Counted from the stretch's first letter, positions 20,566-30,836 are shown. The stretch: DNA of 64,000 nucleotides from Anaerolineaceae bacterium (GCA_034435955.1 DAOTWA010000027.1:16325-80324); one strand, 5' to 3'. Notes: generated from the letters alone by a model not told the origin. Translations and numbers: made by a program.

Positions 20566-22041
20566 ATGCTTTGGCCGGCGGTTATTTTCCTGCCCGCCCT
20601 GGTTTTACGCGTGCTTTACCTTCCCAGCCGCGGCATCTGGTACGACGACGCTTTCAGCATCTTTCTATCACGCCAATCATTGGGACGTATCGTGGCAGGC
20701 ACAGCCGCCGATACGATGCCGCCGCTGTATTATTTTTTATTGCATTATTGGATGGATCTATTTGGACAGAGCCTCGTAGCACTACGTTCCCTCAATGTGC
20801 TGATCAGCCTGGGAATTGTGGCTCTCGTATGGCGCCTGGCTTCCAGTCTGATCGACCCCAAGGCAGGGATATGGGCGGCGATTTTTACCGCCGTGTCATC
20901 ATTTCAGGTCTATCACGCCCAGGAATTGCGCATGTACGCTCTACTTGCGCTGTGTGGCCTGGGTTATGTTACCTTTTTCAGCCGCATTTACTTTACAAGC
21001 AGAGCTTCTCTGAAAAGGAAGATTTATGATTGGAGTGGTCTGGTGCTGTGCGCCACGGCGGCCATGTACACGCACAACCTGGCGGTGTTCACCCTGGCGG
21101 CGCCAGGAGTGTTCCTGGCGTTGAAGCGGCGCTGGGGACAGCTTCTCCGGCTGGCAGGCGTGGGCGTTATCGTGGCCCTGCTGTCTCTGCCCTGGCTGAT
21201 GAAGGTCCCCGCTCAGGTAGCCAAAATCGAGCGCGCCTTCTGGACATTGCGCCCAGGCGTGGTGGACATACTGCAAGGATTGATCGAAGCGCATGCCAAT
21301 CTACCCCTGCCGCCGGCCTTGCTCTCCATAGCGGCTTTTATCACCCTGCTACTGGTCACTCTGACCGCATGGGAAGCGCTGCGTAACCGCTGGCGCGACG
21401 ATGGCTTCCTGCTGCTGGCGACCTTAGCGTTAATCCCGCCATTTCTGCTTTTCATCGCTTCCTATTTGATGCGCTCAATATTCGCCCCCCGCGCCTTCAT
21501 GCCTTCCATGCTGGCTTATTACCTGCTACTATCGCGAGTGGTCTCGCAGGCGCGTGTTCGGGCAGTCGGATGGATCGCCGGGGGTGCTTTCGTGGCGTTG
21601 TCGCTCGCTTCGCTGCCGGCCTTGTACCGCTTCGATTCGTTTCCGCGCTCGCCTTTCCAGCCGGCGATGGCCAGTTTGGCAGAACGCGTCACAGCCAGCG
21701 ACCGGGTTGTGCACGAAAACAAGCTGAGTTACTTCCCAAGCGCCTATTACGCGCCCGGGATAGCGCAAACCTTCCTGCCGGACCCGCCTGGTTCACACAA
21801 CGATACTTTGGCGCCCGCCACCCAGGCCGCCGTGGGCATTTTCCCCGCCGTCGACCTGCCATCCGTGGTGGGGGATGCCAAACGGGTATTTTTCGTGGTC
21901 TTCCGTGAGGCCATCGAAGAGTACAAATCAACCGGGCAGGCGAATGATCCGGCATTGACCTGGCTCGAGGAGCGCTTTACGCTGGCGGACAGGCAGGTCT
22001 TCAACGATCTGGAGATATACACTTTCGTCAGAGGGCCATGA
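20566..22041 (+). CDS. polytopic membrane glycosyltransferase, family 39 / PMT_2-like, paralogue 5
   Basis: MLWPAVIFLPALVLRVLYLPSRGIWYDDAFSIFLS...PPLYYFLLHYW is typical of PMT_2 proteins. Start set to ATG 20566, after the stop of the previous gene at 20521. GTG 20530 is an alternative. Confidence 0.7.
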   Translation: MLWPAVIFLPALVLRVLYLPSRGIWYDDAFSIFLSRQSLGRIVAGTAADTMPPLYYFLLHYWMDLFGQSLVALRSLNVLISLGIVALVWRLASSLIDPKAGIWAAIFTAVSSFQVYHAQELRMYALLALCGLGYVTFFSRIYFTSRASLKRKIYDWSGLVLCATAAMYTHNLAVFTLAAPGVFLALKRRWGQLLRLAGVGVIVALLSLPWLMKVPAQVAKIERAFWTLRPGVVDILQGLIEAHANLPLPPALLSIAAFITLLLVTLTAWEALRNRWRDDGFLLLATLALIPPFLLFIASYLMRSIFAPRAFMPSMLAYYLLLSRVVSQARVRAVGWIAGGAFVALSLASLPALYRFDSFPRSPFQPAMASLAERVTASDRVVHENKLSYFPSAYYAPGIAQTFLPDPPGSHNDTLAPATQAAVGIFPAVDLPSVVGDAKRVFFVVFREAIEEYKSTGQANDPALTWLEERFTLADRQVFNDLEIYTFVRGP

Positions 22042-23729
22042 AGCTGCGCTGGTATCTGCTGTTGGGCGTGTTGGGCATCCTGGCTACGTGGGTTGGATCC
22101 CACTGGCAGGCCAATCCCGGATACATGGATGCGGAATACTATTATTCCGGCGGTTTGCGCATAGCCACTGGTTATGGCTTCAGTGAGCCTTTTCTCTGGA
22201 ATTATCTGGATGATCCCCCTGGAGTGCCTCATCCGGCTTTTACCTACTGGATGCCGCTGGCCTCTTTCCTGGCCGCCGCTGGCATGGCGTTGGGGGGTGA
22301 AGCGGCTTTCGCGCTGGCCAGAATCCCTTTCATTCTTGTGGCAGGCGTTGTTGCAGCACTGACCGCCTGGTTGGCGTTTGACCTCAGCGGCAAAAAACGT
22401 GTGGCTGTTACCGCTGGTCTCTTAGCGGCAGTCTCAGGCTTTTATTTCCCATACTTATCCATTACGGAAACATTCGGTCTTTTCATGCTGGAAGGCGCGC
22501 TTTTTTTACAGGTGGCCGCTGCGATGCGCCGCCAGGCACGCGCAGACCAATCCGCGCGGGGTCATGCGATTTTGCTCGCACTGGCTGTTGGCTTGATCGC
22601 CGGTTTGATGCACATGACCCGTGCGGACGGTCTTCTTTGGCTGGCGTTAGGCCTGGCGCTCGTGTTGTACCTGAGATGGAGGGTCGGGCGTGAAAAAAGG
22701 TTGACTTTATCGGAAGAGGTTAAGGATCACAGCTCAGGCCGGTCATACCCGCTTGTTCTCGCCCTGCCGGCGGTCCTGGTTGGTTATCTGTTGATTGCCG
22801 CTCCCTGGCTGGCGCGCAACTGGTCCAACTTTGGCTCGCTTCTTCCGCCAGGCGGTGGAACGGCGTTGTGGCTAACCCGCTATGATCAACTTTACGTCTA
22901 TCCTTCCACCCAGGTGACTGCCCAGGCGTGGCTGGCCTCCGGCCTGGGAGCCATTCTCAAAGTCCGTTGGGATGCTTTGCTTGCCAATTTGAAGACTTTT
23001 TTGGGCGTTCAGGCGGAAATATTCCTTCTACCGCTGCTGATCTTTGGCCTCTTGCGTTATCGTTCGGATTTTCGCGTGCGGGTGGGTGCCCTGGCTTGGT
23101 TTCTGGTGCTGGCGGTGATGACGCTGGTGTTCCCCTTCGCAGGTGCGCGCGGTGGTTTCTTCCATTCGGGCGCCGCTCTCCAGCCGTTGATATGGGCCCT
23201 CTCTGCCGCCGGCATAGAGCCCTTCATCCAGTGGGGTGTGCGCAAGCGCAGGTGGGCAGAGAGCACGTCCTGGCTGGTCTTCCCGGCCGAACTGGTTGCT
23301 CTCGCGATCTTCTTCACCGCCGTCGTTTATCACAACCTGGTGATCGGACCGGATGCTGCGCAGCCTGTCTGGGGTCAGGCAGAGAGCGTTTACCGCCTTG
23401 CGGATGCCTCTCTGTCTAAAGAGGGGATGGACCCCGCGGATGTGGTGATGGTGAATAATCCACCTGGTTACTTCGTTGCCACCGGACGTTCATCCATCGT
23501 TATTCCGGATGGAGACGAAACCACCTTGCTCGCTGTGGCTAACCGATACCGCCCGGCTTATTTGATCCTCGAGCACAACCATCCAGCAGGATTGAACGAT
23601 CTCTATCAACATCCCAAAGACCTTTCCGGGCTGAAATATTTGCGCAGCGACGGGGATGTGCATTTCTTCCGCTTCATCTATCCCGAGACCTCGCTCCGTT
23701 CCTGCATACCTGGACGGAATCCGCGATGA
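22038..23729 (+). CDS. polytopic membrane protein, GT-C-like, paralogue 6
   Basis: 563 aa. Motif ANPGYMDAEYYYSGGLRIATGYGF after TM1. ATGA start/stop overlap with the upstream gene at 22038-22041. Confidence 0.55.
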   Translation: MKLRWYLLLGVLGILATWVGSHWQANPGYMDAEYYYSGGLRIATGYGFSEPFLWNYLDDPPGVPHPAFTYWMPLASFLAAAGMALGGEAAFALARIPFILVAGVVAALTAWLAFDLSGKKRVAVTAGLLAAVSGFYFPYLSITETFGLFMLEGALFLQVAAAMRRQARADQSARGHAILLALAVGLIAGLMHMTRADGLLWLALGLALVLYLRWRVGREKRLTLSEEVKDHSSGRSYPLVLALPAVLVGYLLIAAPWLARNWSNFGSLLPPGGGTALWLTRYDQLYVYPSTQVTAQAWLASGLGAILKVRWDALLANLKTFLGVQAEIFLLPLLIFGLLRYRSDFRVRVGALAWFLVLAVMTLVFPFAGARGGFFHSGAALQPLIWALSAAGIEPFIQWGVRKRRWAESTSWLVFPAELVALAIFFTAVVYHNLVIGPDAAQPVWGQAESVYRLADASLSKEGMDPADVVMVNNPPGYFVATGRSSIVIPDGDETTLLAVANRYRPAYLILEHNHPAGLNDLYQHPKDLSGLKYLRSDGDVHFFRFIYPETSLRSCIPGRNPR

Positions 23730-25210
23730 AGACCGGATTCCCGATTCGCTCAATCCTCATTCTTGGGCTGGTGGCAGCTCTATCGCTCGGCGCTTATCTC
23801 TTGTGGAGCGCTCAGAAGACCCAGGTCGGCTTTCCGCTCGACGATGCCTGGATTCATCAGACATATGCGCGCAATCTTGCGCTGCGCGGTGAGTGGTCTT
23901 TCCTGCCGGGTGAACCCTCCGCTGGGTCAACTGCGCCGTTGTGGTCATTGTTGCTGACGCCGGGATATTTGCTGGGCGCAAGTCCATTTACGTGGACCTT
24001 TATCCTCGAATGGTTGATGTTGTGGGGCCTGGCGCTGCTCATGGAGATGGGCCAGCGGCGTCACCTTCCTCGCCTGACTGCATCGGTACCCTGGGCCGGT
24101 CTGTTGGCGGTGTTGGAATGGCATTTGGTGTGGGCAGCCGGATCGGGAATGGAAACCCTACTCCAGGCACTTCTCATAACCGCTGTGCTGATTGGATTGG
24201 AGGGCGATCATACACGCTGGGCCCTGCTCGGAGCTGGCGTCGGCCTTTCCGCCTGGGTGCGGCCGGATGGCATCACCCTGCTTGGACCGCTACTATTCAC
24301 TGCTTTTCTTGCACCCGGAAATGCCAGGGAACGCACACGCCGCAGCGCAATTTCGATCGCTTGTTTTGCTGCGCTTTTCCTCCCTTACTTATTGTTCAAC
24401 TTCCGCCTGGCGGGGACGATCTGGCCAAACACCTACTTCGCCAAGCAGGCCGAATATGCTATTTACCAGAAGCTTCCTCTGTCTCTGCGTTATCTGGGAG
24501 AGTTCAAGCTGCCCTTAATTGGAACTGGTTCGCTCCTGCTACCCGGGGCAATACTCTTCGCCTGGGGTTCAGTACGCGGCCGTCGTTGGAATCGAATTGG
24601 TGGTTTAATTTGGTGGTTGGGGTATCTGGGCATCTATGCGCTTCGCCTGCCGGTCGATTACCAGCACGGACGGTACATCATCCCGGCCATGCCGATCTTC
24701 TTTCTCTGGGGGACTGTCGGGCTGGCCGAATTTGTCTTGAGCGTGCGAGGGATGAGAGGCTGGGAGTGGGTGGTCGGCCGCGCTTGGAGTCTGTCTGCTA
24801 TCCTGGTTTTGAGCGCCTTCTGGGTAATTGGCGGCAACGCATACGCCACAGACGTGGCGATCATCAATACCGAAATGGTGCGCACTGCGCAATGGATTGC
24901 GGCCAACACGCCTGCTCATGCGCTGGTAGCCGCACATGATATCGGCGCGCTAGGTTTCTACAGCCAGCGCAGGCTGGTGGACCTGGCCGGCCTGGTATCG
25001 CCTGAAGTGATCCCTTTCATAAGAGATGAAACGCGAATTGCCGAGTACTTGGATGCACAGAAAGTCGACTACCTGGTAACGTTCCCCACCTGGTATCCGC
25101 AGATCACAGATAGGCTTCGGCCTGTGTTCATAACGGGCGGCACATTTGCCCCCTCGAATGGCGGTGAGAACATGGCCGTTTACCGGTGGGGGCTGGGATC
25201 GTCCCCGTAA
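23726..25210 (+). CDS. polytopic membrane protein, GT-C-like, paralogue 7
   Basis: 494 aa. Motif QVGFPLDDAWIHQTYARNLALRGEW after TM1. ATGA start/stop overlap with the upstream gene at 23726-23729. Confidence 0.55.
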   Translation: MKTGFPIRSILILGLVAALSLGAYLLWSAQKTQVGFPLDDAWIHQTYARNLALRGEWSFLPGEPSAGSTAPLWSLLLTPGYLLGASPFTWTFILEWLMLWGLALLMEMGQRRHLPRLTASVPWAGLLAVLEWHLVWAAGSGMETLLQALLITAVLIGLEGDHTRWALLGAGVGLSAWVRPDGITLLGPLLFTAFLAPGNARERTRRSAISIACFAALFLPYLLFNFRLAGTIWPNTYFAKQAEYAIYQKLPLSLRYLGEFKLPLIGTGSLLLPGAILFAWGSVRGRRWNRIGGLIWWLGYLGIYALRLPVDYQHGRYIIPAMPIFFLWGTVGLAEFVLSVRGMRGWEWVVGRAWSLSAILVLSAFWVIGGNAYATDVAIINTEMVRTAQWIAANTPAHALVAAHDIGALGFYSQRRLVDLAGLVSPEVIPFIRDETRIAEYLDAQKVDYLVTFPTWYPQITDRLRPVFITGGTFAPSNGGENMAVYRWGLGSSP

Positions 25211-25412
25211 GCCTGAGTCCTATGCAAGATCGGGCAGCCTCGCGCTCTCATCATTCGGTTGCACCCATCGAAATGTTTGTGCTATACTAAATCGAATTGG
25301 TTCAGGCAAATTCAAAATTAATTCTATTCTCGTCGGGTCAATCAGAAACAGCGAACCGGGCGATTATTAAGTGTTGTGTCCGTGGACTGGATAAGGATAG
25401 GAGAGGCGGAAT

Positions 25413-26477
25413 ATGGAATCGGCTCATACCCAAGAACTCACCAATCCCTGGGAAGCCCTGGAAGAGGAAGTGCGTAATGAGCTGGACCACTCTCAGCGTG
25501 CACTCAAGGAAATCAGCATGATGCTGGAGCAGAGCCAGATCGAGATGAACAAGCTGGCTCAGCGCAACACCGCTATTACCGCCCACCTTCAGCAGATCCA
25601 ATCACAAATCGAGACTATGCCGCGAGGCGATATCCGGATGACCTATGATTCCGCCCTCGAAGTGCAGCAACGTCTGTTTGTCATGCGCGGCCAAATCGAA
25701 AAGCTGCAGAGTGATCAGGCGCACCTGCAAAAATATGTGGCATTGGCAGAGAGAATACTCAATCTGATCGAAGGCGGCATCCCAACAAAACAGCCGCAGC
25801 ACAAGATGGGCCCCGCCTCTGCCACAGTCGAGATGATGATCAATGCACAGGAGACCGAGCGTCAGCGGTTGTCGCGTCAGATGCACGATGGTCCAGCTCA
25901 AGCGCTCTCCAACTTCATCCTGCAGACTGAGATCGCCATGCGCCTGTTCGACGTTGACCAGACGCGCGCCCGCGAGGAGCTGAATAGCCTGAGGGCAGCC
26001 GCATTGGATACCTTCCAGAAGGTTCGCAGCTATATCTTCGAACTGCGTCCGATGATGCTTGACGATTTGGGTTTGATCCCGACGCTGGAGAACTATGCCA
26101 AAACCTTCAAAGAGCAAACTGGCTGCGAGGTTAACACTCTGGCAACTGGTAGGGAGAAGCGTTTGGAATCCTATCTGGAGGTCATGATCTTTCGTGCTGT
26201 CCAAGAGCTCTTGAACAATGCGGCGCACACATCGCATGCTACCCAGGCCAAAATTCAGATTAATATCGACGATGATCTCGTCAAAGTCTCTGTCGAGGAC
26301 AACGGCGAAGGCATCGATTCTAAGATCCTGACCGAGGGAGATAGTCTTGGTCTGAAGCTGATCAAAGAAAGAGTGGAGATGCTGGGCGGATTTTTGGAAA
26401 TCGACACGGTTCCCGGACAGGGCGCCACCGTTAGCTTTCAGGTACCTGCAATGAAGCAAACCTCTCCACCGGCGTGA
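25413..26477 (+). CDS. cytoplasmic sensor histidine kinase, DegS-like (HisKA_3 + HATPase_c)
   Basis: N-terminal coiled-coil region with no TM. Phospho-acceptor box ETERQRLSRQMHDGPAQALSN. ATPase boxes ELLNNAAHTS, VEDNGEGID and LGLKLIKERVEMLGGFLEIDTVPGQGATVSF. AGGAGAGG Shine-Dalgarno upstream. Confidence 0.85.
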   Translation: MESAHTQELTNPWEALEEEVRNELDHSQRALKEISMMLEQSQIEMNKLAQRNTAITAHLQQIQSQIETMPRGDIRMTYDSALEVQQRLFVMRGQIEKLQSDQAHLQKYVALAERILNLIEGGIPTKQPQHKMGPASATVEMMINAQETERQRLSRQMHDGPAQALSNFILQTEIAMRLFDVDQTRAREELNSLRAAALDTFQKVRSYIFELRPMMLDDLGLIPTLENYAKTFKEQTGCEVNTLATGREKRLESYLEVMIFRAVQELLNNAAHTSHATQAKIQINIDDDLVKVSVEDNGEGIDSKILTEGDSLGLKLIKERVEMLGGFLEIDTVPGQGATVSFQVPAMKQTSPPA

Positions 26478-26552
26478 TTTGGTCTTGGTGTAAGCATTGG
26501 AATTATCCGAGTGTTATCATTCTTTATAAAGCAATAAGGAGGAATAAAAAGC

Positions 26553-27722
<1,170 letters not shown>

Positions 27723-27806
27723 TCTTCTTGGCATTCAAAGAATATGATATGACGTGGCTGGCCGATCAGGGCTGGCCACGAATTACGTGAATTCGAGGAG
27801 GGTTTC

Positions 27807-29228
27807 GTGAGCAACGCTGATTTGCAGGCTGTTCTTGATCTGGTCGAGGGAGCTGTAACGATTGAGCGCGGGCGTGTTCGGGTGAAGGATGCCGAACGCC
27901 TGCGCAGGTTGGTTCGCAGGCTGGCGGAGGTCTCTGCCCTGGAGAGCGGGCCGCGCCAGGGCTACGCGCGCTATGTCATCCGTTCGGCGGCTCAGGAACT
28001 GGGCATTTTGCCGGCCTCCATCCATGATCTCTACATCGCTCGCGGGCGCGGAGAGGCGCCGTTGACTTTCACCACCCCGGCGATCAACCTGCGCATGATG
28101 GCTTTCGATGCGGCCTGCGCCGTCTTCCGCGTGGCCCAACAAATGGAAGCCGCTGCGATGATCTTCGAGATCGCCCGCTCGGAGATGGGCTACACCGATC
28201 AGCGGCCAGCCGAATACGCTTCATCAATTCTGGCAGCCGCCATTGCCGAGGGACATCGCGGCCCAGTTTTCATCCAGGGGGATCATTTCCAGGTCTCGGC
28301 CAGACGTTACGGCGAAAACCCAGACGGGGAGATTCACTCCTTGAAAGATCTCATCCGCGAGGCCGTGGCGGCGGGTTTTTACAACATAGACATCGATACC
28401 TCCACAATGGTCGATCTTAGTCAGACAACCATCCCCGCCCAGCAGGCGGTCAATGCCGGTCTTTCGGCCATGTTCACTGCATTCATCCGCTCTATCCAGC
28501 CGGAAGGGGTGACCATTTCGGTGGGCGGAGAGATTGGCGAAGTTGGCGGTCACAACTCGACCGAGGAAGAGCTGCGCGCTTATTTGGATGGTTACCAGGC
28601 TGAGCTTGCCAGGCTGGATGAGCGAGCCATTGGCTTGAGCAAGATCAGCATTCAAACCGGCACCTCCCATGGAGGCGTTGTTCTGCCGGATGGATCGATC
28701 GCCCAGGTGAACGTTGATTTCGAGACGATGTTGCGTTTGAGCCGCATCGCCCGCACCGAATACGGACTGGGTGGCGCCGTGCAGCATGGCGCATCCACCC
28801 TGCCTGAGGAGGCCTTTGGCAAGTTCGTGGAGGCAGAAGCCTGCGAGATTCATCTGGCGACCAATTTCATGAATCTGTTCTACGATCATATCCCCGCAGG
28901 TCTACGCGAGCAGATGTACGCCTTCCTGCGTGAGAAATACTCCAACGAGCGAAAACCTGGCATGACCGATGAGCAGTTCTACTACAAGACACGCAAGAAC
29001 GCTATCGGTCCATTCAAGGCCCAATCCTGGCGTTTACCGGCTGATGAACGCGCACGGCTGGTCGCCGTGTGGGAAGAGCAGTTCACACGCCTGTTCGACC
29101 ATCTGGGCGTGCGCGGGACGCGAGCCATCGTAGAAAAATTCATCCAGCCGGTGATGGTGAAGCCTGACCCAACCTTTTATCTCGGAGAAGGGTCGGCTTT
29201 AGAGATCGCCAGTGATCTGGCAGATTGA
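27807..29228 (+). CDS. class II (metal-dependent) fructose/ketose-bisphosphate aldolase family protein, long form
   Basis: 473 aa, GTG start with GAGGAGGG 5 nt upstream. Motifs FIQGDHFQV, NIDIDTS, GGEIGEVGG, IQTGTSHGG and VQHGASTL match the Asp-His and His metal/catalytic positions of PF01116-type aldolases, from my recollection. Confidence 0.65.
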   Translation: MSNADLQAVLDLVEGAVTIERGRVRVKDAERLRRLVRRLAEVSALESGPRQGYARYVIRSAAQELGILPASIHDLYIARGRGEAPLTFTTPAINLRMMAFDAACAVFRVAQQMEAAAMIFEIARSEMGYTDQRPAEYASSILAAAIAEGHRGPVFIQGDHFQVSARRYGENPDGEIHSLKDLIREAVAAGFYNIDIDTSTMVDLSQTTIPAQQAVNAGLSAMFTAFIRSIQPEGVTISVGGEIGEVGGHNSTEEELRAYLDGYQAELARLDERAIGLSKISIQTGTSHGGVVLPDGSIAQVNVDFETMLRLSRIARTEYGLGGAVQHGASTLPEEAFGKFVEAEACEIHLATNFMNLFYDHIPAGLREQMYAFLREKYSNERKPGMTDEQFYYKTRKNAIGPFKAQSWRLPADERARLVAVWEEQFTRLFDHLGVRGTRAIVEKFIQPVMVKPDPTFYLGEGSALEIASDLAD

Positions 29229-29246
29229 CCAGAAAGATGTGGCTCA

Positions 29247-29747
29247 ATGCCCAGGTCTGATCAAGGCGTCTCCAATGAGCGATATCGGGTTATACCGAGG
29301 GTGCTGGTATTCCTGACGCGCGGAGATCAGATCTTGCTGCTCAAGGGCGCTCCGACCAAGCGCATCTGGGCTAACCGCTACAATGGCATCGGTGGTCATG
29401 TCGAACGGGGCGAGGACGTTCTCACTGCTGCGCGCCGTGAACTACTCGAAGAGACCGGCCTCGAAGTCCCGGAATTGTGGCTGTGTGGAACGGTGCTGGT
29501 TGATACGGGAGAAGACACCGGCATCGCCATTTATGTCTTACGCGGCGAGTGTCCGTTATGCGAGCCTAAACCCTCACCCGAGGGTATCGCGGAGTGGATA
29601 CCGATCGAGCAGATTAACCAATATCCACTGGTGGAAGACCTGCTGGTGTTGATACCGCGGGTGGTCTCCATGCAACGCGGCGATCCACCATTCTCGGCGC
29701 GCTATTGGTACGACGGGGAGGAAACCCTGCAGGTGACATTTACCTGA
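29247..29747 (+). CDS. NUDIX hydrolase
   Basis: Nudix box GGHVERGEDVLTAARRELLEETGL. Confidence 0.85.
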   Translation: MPRSDQGVSNERYRVIPRVLVFLTRGDQILLLKGAPTKRIWANRYNGIGGHVERGEDVLTAARRELLEETGLEVPELWLCGTVLVDTGEDTGIAIYVLRGECPLCEPKPSPEGIAEWIPIEQINQYPLVEDLLVLIPRVVSMQRGDPPFSARYWYDGEETLQVTFT

Positions 29748-29755
29748 AATGGCTA

Positions 29756-30559
29756 TCAGGGTAATTTCCAATAATCCACTTCGTCCACCTCGACCGTGAA
29801 ACCGGCCGTTTTGGCGGCTGCGATGAACAGGCCGAAGGTCCCTTCTGCGTAGGTTGAGTCTTGAAGCTGTTTCAACAAAGCGCCATTCGCATACAGGGAG
29901 AGCTGAGCGCCTCTGGCCATTAAGCCGATACGGTTGATCTGACCTGCGCCAGCATTGATGTGATCGCTGCGTGTCCAGGGTATCAGGCCGGTGAATTTAT
30001 TTCCGTCCCAGATGCGGAGCTGGTATTGCCCGTCACACGAAAAATCGAGGAAGTAGCCCTGTGACGGATCGGGAGCGCGCGCCATCAATCCATAGCGGTC
30101 AAGGCCGGCGCAATCGCTGGTTTTGACGGTTGCTTCCAGATAAAAATCCTTGAGATTTGCGTTTGCGATCGTCCAGGAATACCATGAATCGGCATTATGA
30201 GCGGTCAAAAAAAGATGACCATCCCGCATCTCTACTCTGGCGTGATCATCGTCGAACTCGCCGAAGTGTTTCCCATCATTGAATTGATCCGTCCATGTGG
30301 GTGCGCCCAGGATCTGACGGGGATCGCCGGGCGAGGGCGTTCCGGTTGGGGTTGGACTGGGTTGCGGGCTTTGGGTGGGCGGTTGTGTTGCCGTGTCCGA
30401 AACCGGCGGAGTAGATGTCGCCGTGGCCGGCAGGATCGTCAGCATTTGCGCCACCTGTGTGGCGACCAAAGCGGGGTTGGGCGTGGGTGTGACTCGCGGT
30501 AAATTACATCCGCTGAGTGATAGAAGCACCAGTAAGAAAATGGCCAAGTTTGGTTTCAT
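29756..30559 (-). CDS. lipoprotein with Pro/Thr linker and C-terminal jelly-roll-like (LamG/DUF1080-like) domain
   Basis: Start moved to ATG 30559: MKPNLAIFLLVLLSLSGCNL (lipobox LSGC). Linker TPTPNPA...TQPPTQSPQPSPTPTGTPSPGDP. The C-terminal ~190 aa are a clear paralogue of the 44699-45661 product. Confidence 0.75.
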   Translation of the reverse strand: MKPNLAIFLLVLLSLSGCNLPRVTPTPNPALVATQVAQMLTILPATATSTPPVSDTATQPPTQSPQPSPTPTGTPSPGDPRQILGAPTWTDQFNDGKHFGEFDDDHARVEMRDGHLFLTAHNADSWYSWTIANANLKDFYLEATVKTSDCAGLDRYGLMARAPDPSQGYFLDFSCDGQYQLRIWDGNKFTGLIPWTRSDHINAGAGQINRIGLMARGAQLSLYANGALLKQLQDSTYAEGTFGLFIAAAKTAGFTVEVDEVDYWKLP

Positions 30560-30836
30560 ATCATCGGTGGCCTTTCTTGAGGTTGGTTTACGGCGAGAGC
30601 GGCAGGGTTGCCATTTTTCATCCTTTGTTTTGCCTGACGTTCTTCTTGATCTACTGTATAATCCTGGCAAGTTTTCAATAGCTAACTTGTCTAGCTTATA
30701 AGGAGACAAGCGTCTTGCATTCCACAAGATGACGGCAACATCCCGCACATTTGAGCGCGAAATAATGCGTGCTGAGCTGGTCAACCGCCAGGTCAGCTTT
30801 TGGCCAGCGCTACCAAATTATACGAGGAACTAACTC

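Noticed and set aside
23941-24939. 332-aa alternative-frame ORF inside GT-C paralogue 7.
   Set aside because: It is on the same strand but out of frame with a hydrophobic membrane protein. The product is Arg/Gly/Cys/Pro-rich with no start-site support.
25602-26459. 285-aa ORF antisense to the histidine kinase.
   Set aside because: The kinase frame carries complete H-, N- and G-box motifs. The antisense product has no motifs and no ribosome-binding site.
27754-27781. An 11-bp hairpin (two G-U pairs) between pfk and the aldolase gene, considered as an intrinsic terminator.
   Set aside because: No U-tract follows it, and the aldolase gene starts 26 nt later with a strong Shine-Dalgarno. It is more likely an mRNA stability or processing element, or a coincidence.
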